NCBI GenBank assembly: GCA_963555755.3
Contig: OY820905.2
Coordinates: 2,080,001-2,144,000, forward strand
Origin: Nitrospirales bacterium
GTDB lineage: Bacteria; Nitrospirota; Nitrospiria; Nitrospirales; UBA8639
Direction: 5' to 3'
DNA length: 64,000 nt
Positions 9,681 to 20,384 of this stretch are shown here, piece by piece. The position numbers were made by a program, and so were the translations under genes. The notes under the pieces are model-generated. The model saw only the letters and a list, made by a program, of their open reading frames with translations, was not told the origin of the DNA and made no database searches. The stretch's first letter is position 1. Each line of letters opens with the position of its first letter.

Positions 9681-10718
9681 CTATTTCGCAGTCAGGCTTG
9701 AACACGATTTTGTCTCGATGGCTCCTGTTTGTATCTGATTCAAAAACTGGCTCACTTGTCCCATAGTTCGAGTCATGATGCTGGACAACGATTCATCGGG
9801 CAACACCGTGATCCATTCGATCTGAGGTTCTTTCCGGAACCACGTCATTTGTCGTTTGGCAAAATGACGCGTATCCCGCTTGAGCCGACGCACGGCTTCA
9901 TCAAAGTCATATTCGCCTTCCAGAAAACCCGCCATTTGTCGATAGCCCAAACTTTTCATTGACGTCAGACTTCGCGCATATCCTTGAGACAGAAGCCGAC
10001 GCGTTTCTTCCACTAACCCTTTTTCGATTTCCACGTGGACTCGTTCTTCGATGCGTCGATAGAGCGCGTTTCGATCCATCGTCAACCCAAGCAGCAGGGC
10101 CGTAAAGGGTCGTTCTTGAAACCCATGTTGTTTGTGCACATGACTGGCCGGCAAACCCGTTTGTCGAAAAATTTCCAATGCACGAAGTACTTTGACTAAA
10201 TCGTTGGGATGGACCCGACGTGCCGTCTGCAGATCAACCTTCCCAAGCTCCTGATACAACGCAGCAAGCCCTCGTTCTTGCGCCTCTTGTTCTAATTGAC
10301 GGCGCAGGGTCCAATCCACCGGAGGCCCAGGCCAAAGCCCTCGCAACACGGCACGAACGTACAGCCCCGTTCCTCCCACCACAAGGGGAATACGATGTTC
10401 CTGATGAAGCCGATCAATTTCAGCAACCGCGTGACGACGATATTCTCCCACATTGAAAGGCTCGTCAGGGTTCACTAAATCGATGAGGCGATGCGCAACT
10501 TCTCGCCGTTCTTGCAAAGACGGCTTATCCGTTCCGATATCCATCCCTCGATAGACTTGCGTGGAATCAGCCGTGAGCACCTCTGTGCCCAACCGCTTAG
10601 CCACTTCGATGGCCACCCGGCTTTTGCCAATCGCCGTAGGGCCCACCAATACAATCAATGGACGCTTGGAGGTATCAAAAGCACGAACCGGGTTATCATG
10701 TATAGGGTGTTCAGTCAT
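9681..10718 (-). CDS. miaA: tRNA dimethylallyltransferase
   Basis: GPTAIGKS, DSTQVYRGMDIGTDKP, VGGTGLY, TRHFAKRQMTWF; follows mutL as usual. Confidence 0.96.
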   Translation of the reverse strand: MTEHPIHDNPVRAFDTSKRPLIVLVGPTAIGKSRVAIEVAKRLGTEVLTADSTQVYRGMDIGTDKPSLQERREVAHRLIDLVNPDEPFNVGEYRRHAVAEIDRLHQEHRIPLVVGGTGLYVRAVLRGLWPGPPVDWTLRRQLEQEAQERGLAALYQELGKVDLQTARRVHPNDLVKVLRALEIFRQTGLPASHVHKQHGFQERPFTALLLGLTMDRNALYRRIEERVHVEIEKGLVEETRRLLSQGYARSLTSMKSLGYRQMAGFLEGEYDFDEAVRRLKRDTRHFAKRQMTWFRKEPQIEWITVLPDESLSSIMTRTMGQVSQFLNQIQTGAIETKSCSSLTAK

Positions 10719-10722
10719 CCTG

Positions 10723-12555
10723 CTATATCCGTCGAAAAATTCGGTGTAATTCTTCCATGGAAAACCGCATCGTGACCCGCCGCCCATGAGGACAGGTCAT
10801 GGGAAACCCTTCCTTGACCCAATCTTCCAACACCAACTTCATTTCCGGTTCGGCCATGGCACGCCCGGCTTGAACCGCACCTTGGCAAGCCATTGAGGCT
10901 AAAATGGGCCGAATGCGCTTTTCAATGGAGTCCAGAGATTTCCATTCGGTCAGGTCATCGACCAAATCTTGCACGAGCGCGGCATAATCCATTTGCCCTA
11001 GCACGGCTGGCACGGATCGCAGGACAAAGGCCGATTCGCCAAAGGGCTCCATTTCTAATCCCAAACTCGCCAGCTCTGGTAAAGCCGATTGCAACAAAGC
11101 CGCCGTGTGCGGTTGAACGTCAACCGACTCGGGGATCAACAACACTTGCGATTGAACCTTCTTCTCTAACCAGCTCCGCCACAGCCGTTCAAACAGCACA
11201 CGTTCGTGTACCGTGTGCTGATCCACCACATGGAACTCCTCACCCACCTGAGCCACAATATAGGTAAGACTCATTTGGCCAAGAACTCGAACCGTGTAAT
11301 CAGGATCGAGGACATAGGAAGCCCTCGCCTCATGCGCCACGCCGTCTTCATGGTTGTCCTGTGAAAATAGTTGGACCACATTCTTGGATGCACCACTTGA
11401 TGTCGCCATCTCACCGCTAGATTGGTCCCGATCAACGGAACTCCCTCCCTTCGCATCCTGGCCGGAGAACCCTCGTTGATCAACAAACGATTTCGGTTGA
11501 TGAGTCCACCCTTTCTCCTGAATGTGAAGATCATCCACCGGCAGCATCGCAGACTTTCGCTGAAGCTGACGTCTCACTGCTTCCTTCACCACCCGATGCA
11601 CGACATCGGGCGCAGAGAACTTCACTTCTCGTTTGGACGGATGCACATTCACATCAACTTCCCTTGGATCAATTTCTAGGAGAATCGCAAAGACCGGATG
11701 CCGACCTTTTGGCAAGAACGACCCGTAGGCTTCATACATCGCATGTGAGATAGTGGAATTTTTTATCGATCGGCCGTTCACAAATATTTCCTGCGGTGTG
11801 CGACTCGTTCGAGTGTGGTAGGGATGAATGGCGATGCCCTGTACCGTGACCGCACCACGCTCAAACTCGATGGGCAGCATGAGATCCATCAACTTGGTCC
11901 CATAGAGTTGAAGCAGGCGATCTTGCAACGACCCCACCGCCGGAAAATCGAACACCACATGGTTATTATGCGTCAACCGAAAGTGAGTCGAAGGGCGGGC
12001 CAGGGCTGCTTGTTGCACCACATGGCACATGTGCGAGAACTCCGTGGCGGTTGATTTGAGAAACTTTTGGCGGCCCGGGGTATTGAAGAACAATTCCTTG
12101 ATTTCGATTCGTGTCCCAGGAGAAGAAGCATGATCTTCGACAGAAGACACGGGGCCGCCATCGGCGATAAGCAGAGTGCCAACCGACTCGTCCTTTTTGG
12201 CCGTAACCAATCGAAACTTGGAGACTGAGACAATACTGGGCAAAGCTTCACCACGAAAACCAAAGGTCGAAATGGACAACAAATCTTCGATACTCGATAG
12301 CTTGCTCGTCGCAAACCGTTGGCACGCCATTTGGGCATCAGCCCGCGTCATCCCTTCGCCGTCGTCAGTCACCCGAATCAGACGTTTCCCCCCTTCGACC
12401 ACATCAACCATGATCATTGAGCTGCCCGCATCCAGACTATTGTCAATCAGTTCCTTCACCACTGATGCAGGCCGATCGACAATTTCACCCGCAGCAATCT
12501 GACAAGAGATGGATTCAGGCAAGATTCGGATTGTTTTTTCAGGCGGCATAGTCAC
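10723..12555 (-). CDS. mutL: DNA mismatch repair endonuclease MutL
   Basis: QIAAGEIVDRPASVVKEL, GFRGEAL, DVNVHPSKREV, DQHTVHERVLFE, CPHGR. Confidence 0.97.
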   Translation of the reverse strand: MTMPPEKTIRILPESISCQIAAGEIVDRPASVVKELIDNSLDAGSSMIMVDVVEGGKRLIRVTDDGEGMTRADAQMACQRFATSKLSSIEDLLSISTFGFRGEALPSIVSVSKFRLVTAKKDESVGTLLIADGGPVSSVEDHASSPGTRIEIKELFFNTPGRQKFLKSTATEFSHMCHVVQQAALARPSTHFRLTHNNHVVFDFPAVGSLQDRLLQLYGTKLMDLMLPIEFERGAVTVQGIAIHPYHTRTSRTPQEIFVNGRSIKNSTISHAMYEAYGSFLPKGRHPVFAILLEIDPREVDVNVHPSKREVKFSAPDVVHRVVKEAVRRQLQRKSAMLPVDDLHIQEKGWTHQPKSFVDQRGFSGQDAKGGSSVDRDQSSGEMATSSGASKNVVQLFSQDNHEDGVAHEARASYVLDPDYTVRVLGQMSLTYIVAQVGEEFHVVDQHTVHERVLFERLWRSWLEKKVQSQVLLIPESVDVQPHTAALLQSALPELASLGLEMEPFGESAFVLRSVPAVLGQMDYAALVQDLVDDLTEWKSLDSIEKRIRPILASMACQGAVQAGRAMAEPEMKLVLEDWVKEGFPMTCPHGRRVTMRFSMEELHRIFRRI

Positions 12556-12706
12556 ACATTCTCAGAACCATTCAAGCGAAACGACCTATCGTAATAAAAG
12601 AGGGGAGGGTTTGGAAAGGGCTGCGATGGAGCCTGTCGAATAATAGGCAAATCTTTATAAAGCCATTCACATGTGACCCCTCTTACTGAAACACAAAAAG
12701 CAGGAA

Positions 12707-12827
12707 GGAATTGTTCAAAAAGGTGCGCTCAGCAAGGCCGCAGGCCCTTTGGCGCGCGGAGCGTACGTCAGTACGTGAGCACGACAAAGGGCCGAGAACG
12801 CCGCTGACGCCCTTTTTCAACATTCCC
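12707..12827. mobile_element. MITE family A copy
   Basis: GGAATTGTTCAAAAAGG ... CCTTTTTCAACATTCCC, abutting the cpoB stop codon. Confidence 0.85.
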
Positions 12828-13337
12828 TCAGGGAATTCGTTTGAGACGGCGCCGGGCCAATTCCGCTTCAGGAGACCCGCGAAAGCCTGTGATGAGTTCA
12901 CGCCAGAATGCTTTGGCCTTGTGAGGCTGACCAGTTTTCTCGTAGATTTTCCCCAATTTAAATAAGGCGGTCGGCACCTGGCGGCTTGTCCTGTGCTGCT
13001 CAATGAGAGTTGTCAACGCACGTGCGGCTTCTTTGAGATTACCCTGTTGGTCATAACATTCGCCAATATAATAATAGGCTTCCGCCGCGAATGAACTCTC
13101 GGGGAAATCTTCTACCACTTGCTGAAATTCTGAAAGCGCTAAATCGTAATGTCCTTTCAGATAGTCTTGGTAGGCGAAATGAAAAGCCTGACTCGGTTTC
13201 ACTCGCTCAGAGACGGCCAGAGGCTTACTTGGGGCAGACGACCCCAAACCGGGTTCAGCCAACACATCCAACGCCACCATGGGGAAACACACCCAGATAA
13301 GAAACAGCCACAACACATGTCCCACAACAATGTTCAC
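12828..13337 (-). CDS. cpoB: Tol-Pal TPR protein CpoB/YbgF (TPR domain only)
   Basis: AY.DYLKG.YDLA..EF, FP.S..A.EAYYYIGE and ALFKLG TPR motifs. Start uncertain: the longer ORF start lies in a MITE end. Confidence 0.8.
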   Translation of the reverse strand: MNIVVGHVLWLFLIWVCFPMVALDVLAEPGLGSSAPSKPLAVSERVKPSQAFHFAYQDYLKGHYDLALSEFQQVVEDFPESSFAAEAYYYIGECYDQQGNLKEAARALTTLIEQHRTSRQVPTALFKLGKIYEKTGQPHKAKAFWRELITGFRGSPEAELARRRLKRIP

Positions 13338-13367
13338 GCGATGAGTTGGAGGCCTTCCCGATTGATA

Positions 13368-13392
13368 GGGTCCGTCACGGAATAACCGGGAC
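13368..13392. repeat. solo MITE terminal inverted repeat
   Basis: GGGTCCGTCACGGAATAACCGGGACA matches the reverse complement of TGTCCCGGTTATTTCGTGACGGACCC at ~23448-23473. Confidence 0.7.
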
Positions 13393-13398
13393 AAACCC

Positions 13399-15210
13399 TT
13401 AGGGCGTAGAGGTAGTGGGGCTCGACGAAGATTGGAGTTGTCGCACTTGTTGAGCCAACTCAGCTAATTGCCCTTCATGTTCATCAACTTTATTCCCCAG
13501 CTTGGTGCCGATATTATTCACGACTCCTTTGAGTTGACCCAGGGCCGTCGTCACTTGGTTTAACTGCTGCACATTGGCAAACAATTCTTGGTTCAGCCTT
13601 TGGGAGGAAACCGAATTGTTTGCTGTCTCGGTGAGGCGCCGCTCCTGTTCGGCCAGACGAACGACCTGATCATCCAGCCTCGACGATAATGAGGTTTTGA
13701 CTTGATCAAGCGTGGTGACCACGGATTGCACACTGGTGGTGACCTCGTTTACATGTGACGAAAGGGCTTGCACGTTGGCCTCCAGCTGAGTTGAACCTGA
13801 GGATTGTACCTGCTTCATTTGATCCAATTGCGCGGTCAATGTCCCAATGTGTTGCATCTGGTCATCACTGCGGTTCCCGAGCATTCCCGCCATCGAATCC
13901 AACACCTCTCGCATGTTCACAACCGACTGATTGAGATCCTTCACATGCTTATCCTGTGCAGCCACCTGGGCTTGTACCTGCTTCACATCACCATGGTTAG
14001 TGTTTTCCAACTTTTGGATCAGGTCTTCCAGTTTTTTTGAATATTGAGTCGCGCGGGTTTTTTCTGCCTCAACAGCTTGAGCCATGGATTGCAAGCTGGT
14101 CCGGATATCTTTGTCCAAATACCCACGAAGCGCTTTCGTATCGGCATCAAGTTTTTTGGATAGGGCGGCGTACTGGCCTTGTAATTGTTTCAATTGCCCA
14201 CCGGATTGCTCAAGGGTTTGCGCCTGCGCATCAACTTTGGACCCCAGTTGAGCGCCGACTTTATCTAGCCCATTTCTGAGCTGGGTCAATGACTTCGTGA
14301 GATTTTCAAGATTTTGGTGAGTCCCCACATCTTGCTGTTTGAGCGAGGCCAACTCCGTTCCAACTTTGGAGTTCAAATCGGAGAGCAAGGCCGCTTGGCT
14401 TTTGAATTTCGCGCCCTGCTTATCCAGTTGTGTGCCCAAAGAGACATTCATCTTTTGCAAGGTTTTCGCGACAGAACTGATGCTGGTTTTCACATCGGTC
14501 TCCAAATACTGCTTGAGCATGTTGGTGTCCGAATCCAATTTGACTTGAAGGGCAGTTTGCTGTGCTTCAAGATCGTTTTTCATATTGGTCTCGGCGGTCA
14601 TAGCTCGCGTGCTCTCGGCAACCACACGTGTATCAATCCCGGCTAGTGCATCTTTAAACTCCACCAATGACGCTCGAAATCCTGCCATGTGTTTACTCAG
14701 GGTCTTACCTTGTTGATCAAATTCCTTTTCGACATTTTCACCCAGCGTGGCGATTTGGGTCGCGCGCGCTTGATCACGGTGGTCCAAATCAGCCTTGAGG
14801 TCATCGACTACCCGTTCGAGACGTTGCAGTCGATGCGACTCTGTTTCCAAGTCGCCACTTAATTGCGGAAGATTTTCTTCGCGAAGGCTCCGCAATTCGC
14901 TATTAAATTGCGCGCGCGCGCGCACTAGTTCCGCCACTTCGAATTTTTGTTTGGCCAAGACCTTCTTCGATTCCTGGATGGCGTGATTGGCTTGAGCCAG
15001 GGTTGCTTCCAAGGCTATTTTGTCCTGGTCAATCTTGGCAATTTTGGCCTCAAACTTTTGTTGAATGCGAACGAGATCTGCTTGTTGTGCCATGCAGGAC
15101 GACAAACTCAGTACCAAGGGCCCTACCAGAATCACCTTCATAAGGCGATGTGTATACGTCTGAAGCTTCCTGATTTTTTGGGAAAACACGTGATCATCTC
15201 TTTCTATCAT
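13399..15210 (-). CDS. long coiled-coil lipoprotein in the tol cluster
   Basis: lipobox LSSC followed by ~560 aa of heptad-rich helical sequence. Confidence 0.85.
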   Translation of the reverse strand: MIERDDHVFSQKIRKLQTYTHRLMKVILVGPLVLSLSSCMAQQADLVRIQQKFEAKIAKIDQDKIALEATLAQANHAIQESKKVLAKQKFEVAELVRARAQFNSELRSLREENLPQLSGDLETESHRLQRLERVVDDLKADLDHRDQARATQIATLGENVEKEFDQQGKTLSKHMAGFRASLVEFKDALAGIDTRVVAESTRAMTAETNMKNDLEAQQTALQVKLDSDTNMLKQYLETDVKTSISSVAKTLQKMNVSLGTQLDKQGAKFKSQAALLSDLNSKVGTELASLKQQDVGTHQNLENLTKSLTQLRNGLDKVGAQLGSKVDAQAQTLEQSGGQLKQLQGQYAALSKKLDADTKALRGYLDKDIRTSLQSMAQAVEAEKTRATQYSKKLEDLIQKLENTNHGDVKQVQAQVAAQDKHVKDLNQSVVNMREVLDSMAGMLGNRSDDQMQHIGTLTAQLDQMKQVQSSGSTQLEANVQALSSHVNEVTTSVQSVVTTLDQVKTSLSSRLDDQVVRLAEQERRLTETANNSVSSQRLNQELFANVQQLNQVTTALGQLKGVVNNIGTKLGNKVDEHEGQLAELAQQVRQLQSSSSPTTSTP

Positions 15211-15304
15211 GTTGCGGTCTCCTCATGCTTACCCGACTTAGGAAAAAATTTAAGGGCACGATTCACGACCATTTGGTATACGTCAGGCAGGGCGAAAGGA
15301 AGCG

Positions 15305-16642
15305 TTATAATGGCGACCATGAAGGAGAACTATGATGCCGTCCCCCGGAGGTCAATTGTTCCAACCCGGTTCCATCCATATTCACCATAAAAATATGACT
15401 CTTGCCACCCCTCGTAGAACTAAAGACCAGGTGTCGGCCATCTGGAGCCCAGGAAGGCGAATCATCAATTTCATTATTGGGGCCTGAAGTAATCTGCACG
15501 CGCTGTTGTCCATCAGGAGTCATCCGGCACAATTTGAACCCCATCTTGGGCAAGTGACAGACATACACGATCCAATCCCCCCGTGGAGACCAGGCGGGGG
15601 CGGCATTATACCTTCCTTCAAACGTCAGACGGCGAACGTTGGAGCCATCCGCGCTCATCACATAGATTTGAGGACGCCCTCCCCGATCCGAGGTAAACGC
15701 GATCTCTCTTCCGTTGGGAGACCAGGTTGGCGAGAGATCGGCGCTCCGGTCAAACGTCAATTTAATCTCTTTCTGTGTGGCCAGATCCAGGGTGTAAATA
15801 TCTGAATTCCCATCAGCTGCTGATGCAAAGGCGACCAATTTCCCATTGGGAGAATATGCCGGAGTAATATTAAGGCTTTGGGCCCTCACTAAGATTTTCT
15901 TGGATCCGGATGCCAGATGGAGTTGAACGATTTCCTGGTTATTTTTTCGGTAGGTGGTATACACCACCGATCGCTGGTCCGGGGACCAGGCCGGCATTAA
16001 ACTCAGCCGGCGATCAGCCGTCACCCGCTTTGGCCCAAATCCGTCATAATCCATCACATAGAGATCTCGATTGCCACTGGCATCCTGAGAGACATAGACT
16101 ATTTTGGTCTTGGCAATACCCGGATCACCCGTGTAGCGCGATACCAATTCATCCGCCCACCGATGGACCATGAGTCGGAGTAATTTGAGGGTAATCGGCC
16201 CACCCACGTATCGTTTCCCCATAGCCAAGTTTTCATTGCCCCCATCGTAGGCGCAGGCTTCCATTACCAATTTGCTATTTTTCCGACCAATCCGTCCCCA
16301 GCTCGACACGGTGGCGCCGCTCTCTTTGGCTTTGCCTAATGGCTCAACGCCTTGACAATGGGAATGGGAAAATTCCAAAGCTGGCATCGGCTCATCCACA
16401 ACCTCGAAGACCTGGGACCGGGTCAAATCCGCTTTGAGAATATCAGCCATCTGGGTGCCAATTGGGTTATCGGCATTTGCCCCCGCTTTCCCATCGCCAA
16501 ATCCCATGACCCAAATCGGGATCTTTTGAAATTCCGAGCGTTTCGTTTCTAAAAACACATCGGCGGCATTTGATTCAAACAGCACCAACCCACTCACACC
16601 CAAAAGAGCAATGAATGCCAAGAAACCACGTTGTGTGAGCAT
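15305..16642 (-). CDS. tolB: Tol-Pal beta-propeller protein TolB
   Basis: DLYVMDYDG and repeated P.WSPDG (PD40) motifs. Confidence 0.93.
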   Translation of the reverse strand: MLTQRGFLAFIALLGVSGLVLFESNAADVFLETKRSEFQKIPIWVMGFGDGKAGANADNPIGTQMADILKADLTRSQVFEVVDEPMPALEFSHSHCQGVEPLGKAKESGATVSSWGRIGRKNSKLVMEACAYDGGNENLAMGKRYVGGPITLKLLRLMVHRWADELVSRYTGDPGIAKTKIVYVSQDASGNRDLYVMDYDGFGPKRVTADRRLSLMPAWSPDQRSVVYTTYRKNNQEIVQLHLASGSKKILVRAQSLNITPAYSPNGKLVAFASAADGNSDIYTLDLATQKEIKLTFDRSADLSPTWSPNGREIAFTSDRGGRPQIYVMSADGSNVRRLTFEGRYNAAPAWSPRGDWIVYVCHLPKMGFKLCRMTPDGQQRVQITSGPNNEIDDSPSWAPDGRHLVFSSTRGGKSHIFMVNMDGTGLEQLTSGGRHHSSPSWSPL

Positions 16643-16644
16643 TG

Positions 16645-18117
16645 TTAAGAATCCAGGTTAACGGTAAACTGAAATTGGATATCGTAAAACGGCTCAGGCA
16701 TATCGGAGGCAAACGGCGGTAAGGGTGTCGCATTCAACACTGCCCGTTTGGCTGCTACATCATGATACTCATTTCCCGATGATTGTTCGATAGCCAAATT
16801 CCTCACCCCACCCTGGCGTTCAATTCGAAATGTTAATATCACTCGAAGTGGCCTACCTGAACGAATGTCCACCTGAGGAGCGATCCACTCTCGATCGATT
16901 TTAGACCAGACACGCCCCCAATACGCATTGCCTTCGGAGGAAGAGCCGGAGACTTGAAAGGTCGTGGTGGTATTTTGCATCCCGCTATCCGTGGGCGTCG
17001 ACAAGATGTGATGCGCTTCAGGAACCTGAACCTCCGGAATAATCAGGTTGGCAATTTTCTGGTCTAACGCATTTGGCTGTTCCGTTTCAGGAGGAACCAC
17101 TGCCAACTTCTTAGGCTTCAACTTGGCCGGATCAACGGCCGCTAACTTTGGGGCATCCGAAGGAATGACGATGCCGGCGAGTTCTTGGCGTGGTATGGGT
17201 TGACTGTCCCGAACCGGTGGAATCGGCTCGGGAACGACCTGCATTTTCTTGGTTGGAGGAACATTAAATTTTCTCACCTCAGGCACCACCACCGATTGGA
17301 GAATGTGTTTCATGGAATCCGCCACCCGGTTTTGAGGGCGCGGCTTTGGTTGAAGCTCGGCGGGATTCGGCACTGGGGTCACCTTTTCCATTTGTGGCGC
17401 CTGACCAGGGATCGTAATTTTCGGAGATGTCACGGCCGTGCCCTGGGATTTGGGAGATATTGGTTCCGACTTCGGCGTCACAGGTGAAGGAATCCTAGCC
17501 TTCGGTGTCTGGGTTTTTTGAGGGATAGACACGGACTGAACCGCCTGTCTCAAGGTTTCCGCCAGTGAACTGATGGAGGGTGCTGAGGGAGCCGGCGTCA
17601 CGCGGTCAGGCAAAGCTTTCCGGGTAGAAAGTTGCGGGGCTTGCGGAATGACCGGCATCGGGATCGCTTGGCTTTCATCATCGTTTCTCACAGGTTGAGC
17701 CGGTAATAAGGTCACAGCAGGGGCGTTCTCAATCGGAGCCATTTCTCTGGATTGTGGAACGACCACTCCCTCAACGGCATCAACAATCGATTGCGTCACG
17801 CGCTCGGTTTGAATAGGCGAGGGCGGGGGCGGCACCGTAGCCTTCCCTACGGTCGCCGGTTCTTTGCTGGGTGGAGCCACTCTGGGCTCGGGAAGCGTCA
17901 CCAGATCAACGTGGTAGGAAGCTAATGGTTGCTGAAGAGTCGGAGCAAATCTCACACTCATGAGGCCCAATAGGAGAAGGGCATGCACCAACAATGAGGT
18001 CGCCAGCATTCGCGTAAGTCGGCTATCCACCTGCGCGGATGAATCAGCCAATTGCAGCGTGATGAGATTAGCATGGCCGGCATAGGACATAACATCTTGC
18101 GCTTCCATCGCGCCCAC
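16645..18117 (-). CDS. TolA/TonB-family energy transducer
   Basis: TM SLLVHALL, long Pro-rich linker, TonB_C-like C-terminus (SSGN..D.AA.RAV..A.PLPP); start uncertain. Confidence 0.85.
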   Translation of the reverse strand: MGAMEAQDVMSYAGHANLITLQLADSSAQVDSRLTRMLATSLLVHALLLLGLMSVRFAPTLQQPLASYHVDLVTLPEPRVAPPSKEPATVGKATVPPPPSPIQTERVTQSIVDAVEGVVVPQSREMAPIENAPAVTLLPAQPVRNDDESQAIPMPVIPQAPQLSTRKALPDRVTPAPSAPSISSLAETLRQAVQSVSIPQKTQTPKARIPSPVTPKSEPISPKSQGTAVTSPKITIPGQAPQMEKVTPVPNPAELQPKPRPQNRVADSMKHILQSVVVPEVRKFNVPPTKKMQVVPEPIPPVRDSQPIPRQELAGIVIPSDAPKLAAVDPAKLKPKKLAVVPPETEQPNALDQKIANLIIPEVQVPEAHHILSTPTDSGMQNTTTTFQVSGSSSEGNAYWGRVWSKIDREWIAPQVDIRSGRPLRVILTFRIERQGGVRNLAIEQSSGNEYHDVAAKRAVLNATPLPPFASDMPEPFYDIQFQFTVNLDS

Positions 18118-18144
18118 AGATCAGTCTAAGTCTTGGGAAAAATT

Positions 18145-18579
18145 CTAGAAGACCTCAACGGATTCTTCCTCGACTTTCGCCCCTTTCAGACTGGTCACCA
18201 TTCCCAAGCGTTCGATACCCGCTTGTTTCACTTCATCCATCACCTGAACAATTCGGCCATAGGAAATTTTACTGTCGGCGCGCAGATACACCGACACCAT
18301 CGGATTCGTGGCTTTCGCTTCATGCAGTCGTTTGCGCAGACTGAAAATCGTGACGCGATTCTTTCCGATATAGATGGCTTTGTCAGGTTCTATGGAAATA
18401 ATGAGACGTTCGTCCGGGGTGATGGTATTAGAGGAGGAACTGGGGAGGGTGATGTCGATGCCTCGATGAAGCATGGGCGCCGTCACCATAAAGATCACCA
18501 ACAACACCAGCATGACATCCACCAGCGGGATAATGTTAATCTCGGACAAAAAACGGCGGTGGCGGGATTCATATATCAC
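18145..18579 (-). CDS. tolR: TolR/ExbD
   Basis: [24 protein letters not shown]. Confidence 0.92.
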   Translation of the reverse strand: MIYESRHRRFLSEINIIPLVDVMLVLLVIFMVTAPMLHRGIDITLPSSSSNTITPDERLIISIEPDKAIYIGKNRVTIFSLRKRLHEAKATNPMVSVYLRADSKISYGRIVQVMDEVKQAGIERLGMVTSLKGAKVEEESVEVF

Positions 18580-19307
18580 CGAACAACTTCAGCCTCTTTG
18601 ATGTCACTCGCTATTTCATCCAGGGCATTGAGAAATTCAATGCTAAAGGCCTCGACGCGATAGGAGCTTTTTCGAATTTTCGTTAGAAAGTAGTTATAGG
18701 CAATCACCGCAGGAATAGCCGCGAACAGACCAGCAGCGGTCGCCACAAGTGCTTCCGCCACACCCGGCGCGACCGCGGCAATACTCGACGAGCCTTGCTC
18801 CCCTATCTCACGGAAGGCATTCATGATACCAATGACTGTCCCAAACAGCCCGATAAACGGAGTAATGTTTCCAGTTGTCGCTAAAAAAGGAAGGTAACTT
18901 TCTTGTTGGCTAATTTGTCCATGAATGATGTACTGGACCACCTTCTCAAGATATTGGCGATTAGGGAAACGACCTTCGCGGGATCGCTCCAGAAGGTCAC
19001 GATTCCCAAATACGCCGCTTTGTTGATCGACTTTGTTTGTCACCCCAACGAAAACCGCTCCACTTGGACTCAGGGAGAACGAATGTCCGATTTTTTTCAG
19101 GTTTTCGAATTCCTTAGGATTCCACTGTGACCTCTCAAAGACTTGAAGAAATTGCTCTTCTTCACGATCACTCAATCGAAATATTCTCAATTTATACACA
19201 ATGATTCCCCACGACACTACCGAAAACAGCAGTAGGATAAGCAGCACAACAATCGAGACTGCCCCGAGGGATCCAAGTATTTCCATGGGGCTACTAGAAA
19301 ACATCAA
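18576..19307 (-). CDS. tolQ: TolQ/ExbB proton channel
   Basis: [48 protein letters not shown]. Confidence 0.93.
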   Translation of the reverse strand: MMFSSSPMEILGSLGAVSIVVLLILLLFSVVSWGIIVYKLRIFRLSDREEEQFLQVFERSQWNPKEFENLKKIGHSFSLSPSGAVFVGVTNKVDQQSGVFGNRDLLERSREGRFPNRQYLEKVVQYIIHGQISQQESYLPFLATTGNITPFIGLFGTVIGIMNAFREIGEQGSSSIAAVAPGVAEALVATAAGLFAAIPAVIAYNYFLTKIRKSSYRVEAFSIEFLNALDEIASDIKEAEVVR

Positions 19308-19396
19308 GGCCTCCGGTTATGCGTGTGTGGGGAAAAATGAAAGGAACAAATACACGTGGAATTGAAGTTTTGGGAAACCCAACCCTGAGAAGTGTA

Positions 19397-19473
19397 TGGC
19401 GGGGCCGACGGGATTTGAACCCGCGACCTCCAGATTGACAATCTGGCGTCCTAACCAGCTGAACGACGGCCCC
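19397..19473 (-). tRNA. tRNA-Asp(GTC)
   Basis: GGGGCCG...CCAGA-TT-GTC-AA-TCTGG...GGTTCAAATCC...CGGCCCCGCCA cloverleaf with encoded CCA. Confidence 0.97.
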
Positions 19474-19590
19474 ATACACATACTTAGAAAGCCCAATACT
19501 CTGGCGTTTTCCACCCAGCACCTCCTTGAGGTTCCCCAAGGAACTGACTGAGCGGTATGGCCTAGGCTATATGGATTTGTCTACACGTAA

Positions 19591-19666
19591 TGGTAGGCGG
19601 AACAGGGCTTGAACCTGCGACCTCTGCCTTGTAAGGGCAATGCTCTCCCAACTGAGCTATCCGCCC
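19591..19666 (-). tRNA. tRNA-Val(TAC)
   Basis: GGGCGGATAGCTCAGTTGGGAGAGC...CT-TAC-AA...GGTTCAAGCCC...CCA. Confidence 0.97.
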
Positions 19667-19694
19667 ATGCGATCAATTTCAAAATCGTGTAAGA

Positions 19695-19722
19695 ATTATA
19701 TCAGGCATGGGGCCCATGTCAA
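19695..19722 (-). promoter_or_regulatory. sigma70 promoter of the tRNA-Val/Asp unit
   Basis: TTGACA-16 bp-TATAAT with extended -10 (TG-A-TATAAT) on the minus strand. Confidence 0.8.
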
Positions 19723-19787
19723 CCTAACTGAAACCCATGAGGAAACCCAGCATGTCGCTCTTTCGACCTTCATGATTTTACCTAGGT

Positions 19788-19908
19788 GGAATGTTGAAAA
19801 AAGCCGCCAGCGGCGTTCTCGCCCTTTTGCCGTGCTCACGTACTGAGAGTACGCTCCGCGCGTCAAAAGGGCTGCGGCCTTGCTGGACGGACTTTTTTGA
19901 ACATTCCC
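19788..19908. mobile_element. MITE family A copy
   Basis: GGAATGTTGAAAAAAG ... CTTTTTTGAACATTCC. Confidence 0.85.
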
Positions 19909-19976
19909 TCCAATCGACGATGCTTGGCTCATCTGGAGCTTTTAGTGGTTATGGGAAAGAGATATTCAACAGACCC

Positions 19977-20365
19977 CTAGAAGCCAGTCCGAGATTAGCG
20001 ATCGTGACGAGGATGTGCTGGTTTGAGCCAGATGTTTCGATCGTTTGAGGCGAATAGTTGAACTATTCAACGAAAACGGGGAATGTTCAAAAAGCATGCC
20101 CTCGCGGAGGCGGGGGGCCGTCCAGCAAGGCCGCAGGGCTTCCCGGCCTTCGTAGCCAAAAGCTACTTCGGCGGAGTAGGCTTGGCGCGCGGAGCGTACA
20201 CGGAGTACGTGAGCATGTCAAAAGCCCGAGAACGCAGCGGGCTTGTCTGGCGTAGCCTTGGCGAAGGCTGGCGGCCTTTTTCAACATTCCCCGAAAAGGA
20301 TCGGAAGATCTGGCCACATCCAGCGCACCCGCAGTAGATCCGTCTAATCTTGGACAGGCTCCTAA
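19977..20365. mobile_element. composite MITE family B with an expanded family-A element (20078-20292)
   Basis: reverse-complement homolog of 7352-7592; the inner element carries extra hairpin insertions. Confidence 0.8.
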
Positions 20366-20384
20366 AGGCCATGATGACAAAGAT

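Noticed and set aside
13338..13394. N-terminal extension MSRLFRDGP of CpoB
   Set aside because: Encoded by a solo MITE terminal repeat, so probably not the real start.
19397..19666. tRNA-anchored genomic island or prophage att site
   Set aside because: No integrase nearby and no duplicated tRNA 3' end noticed; the flanking genes are core.
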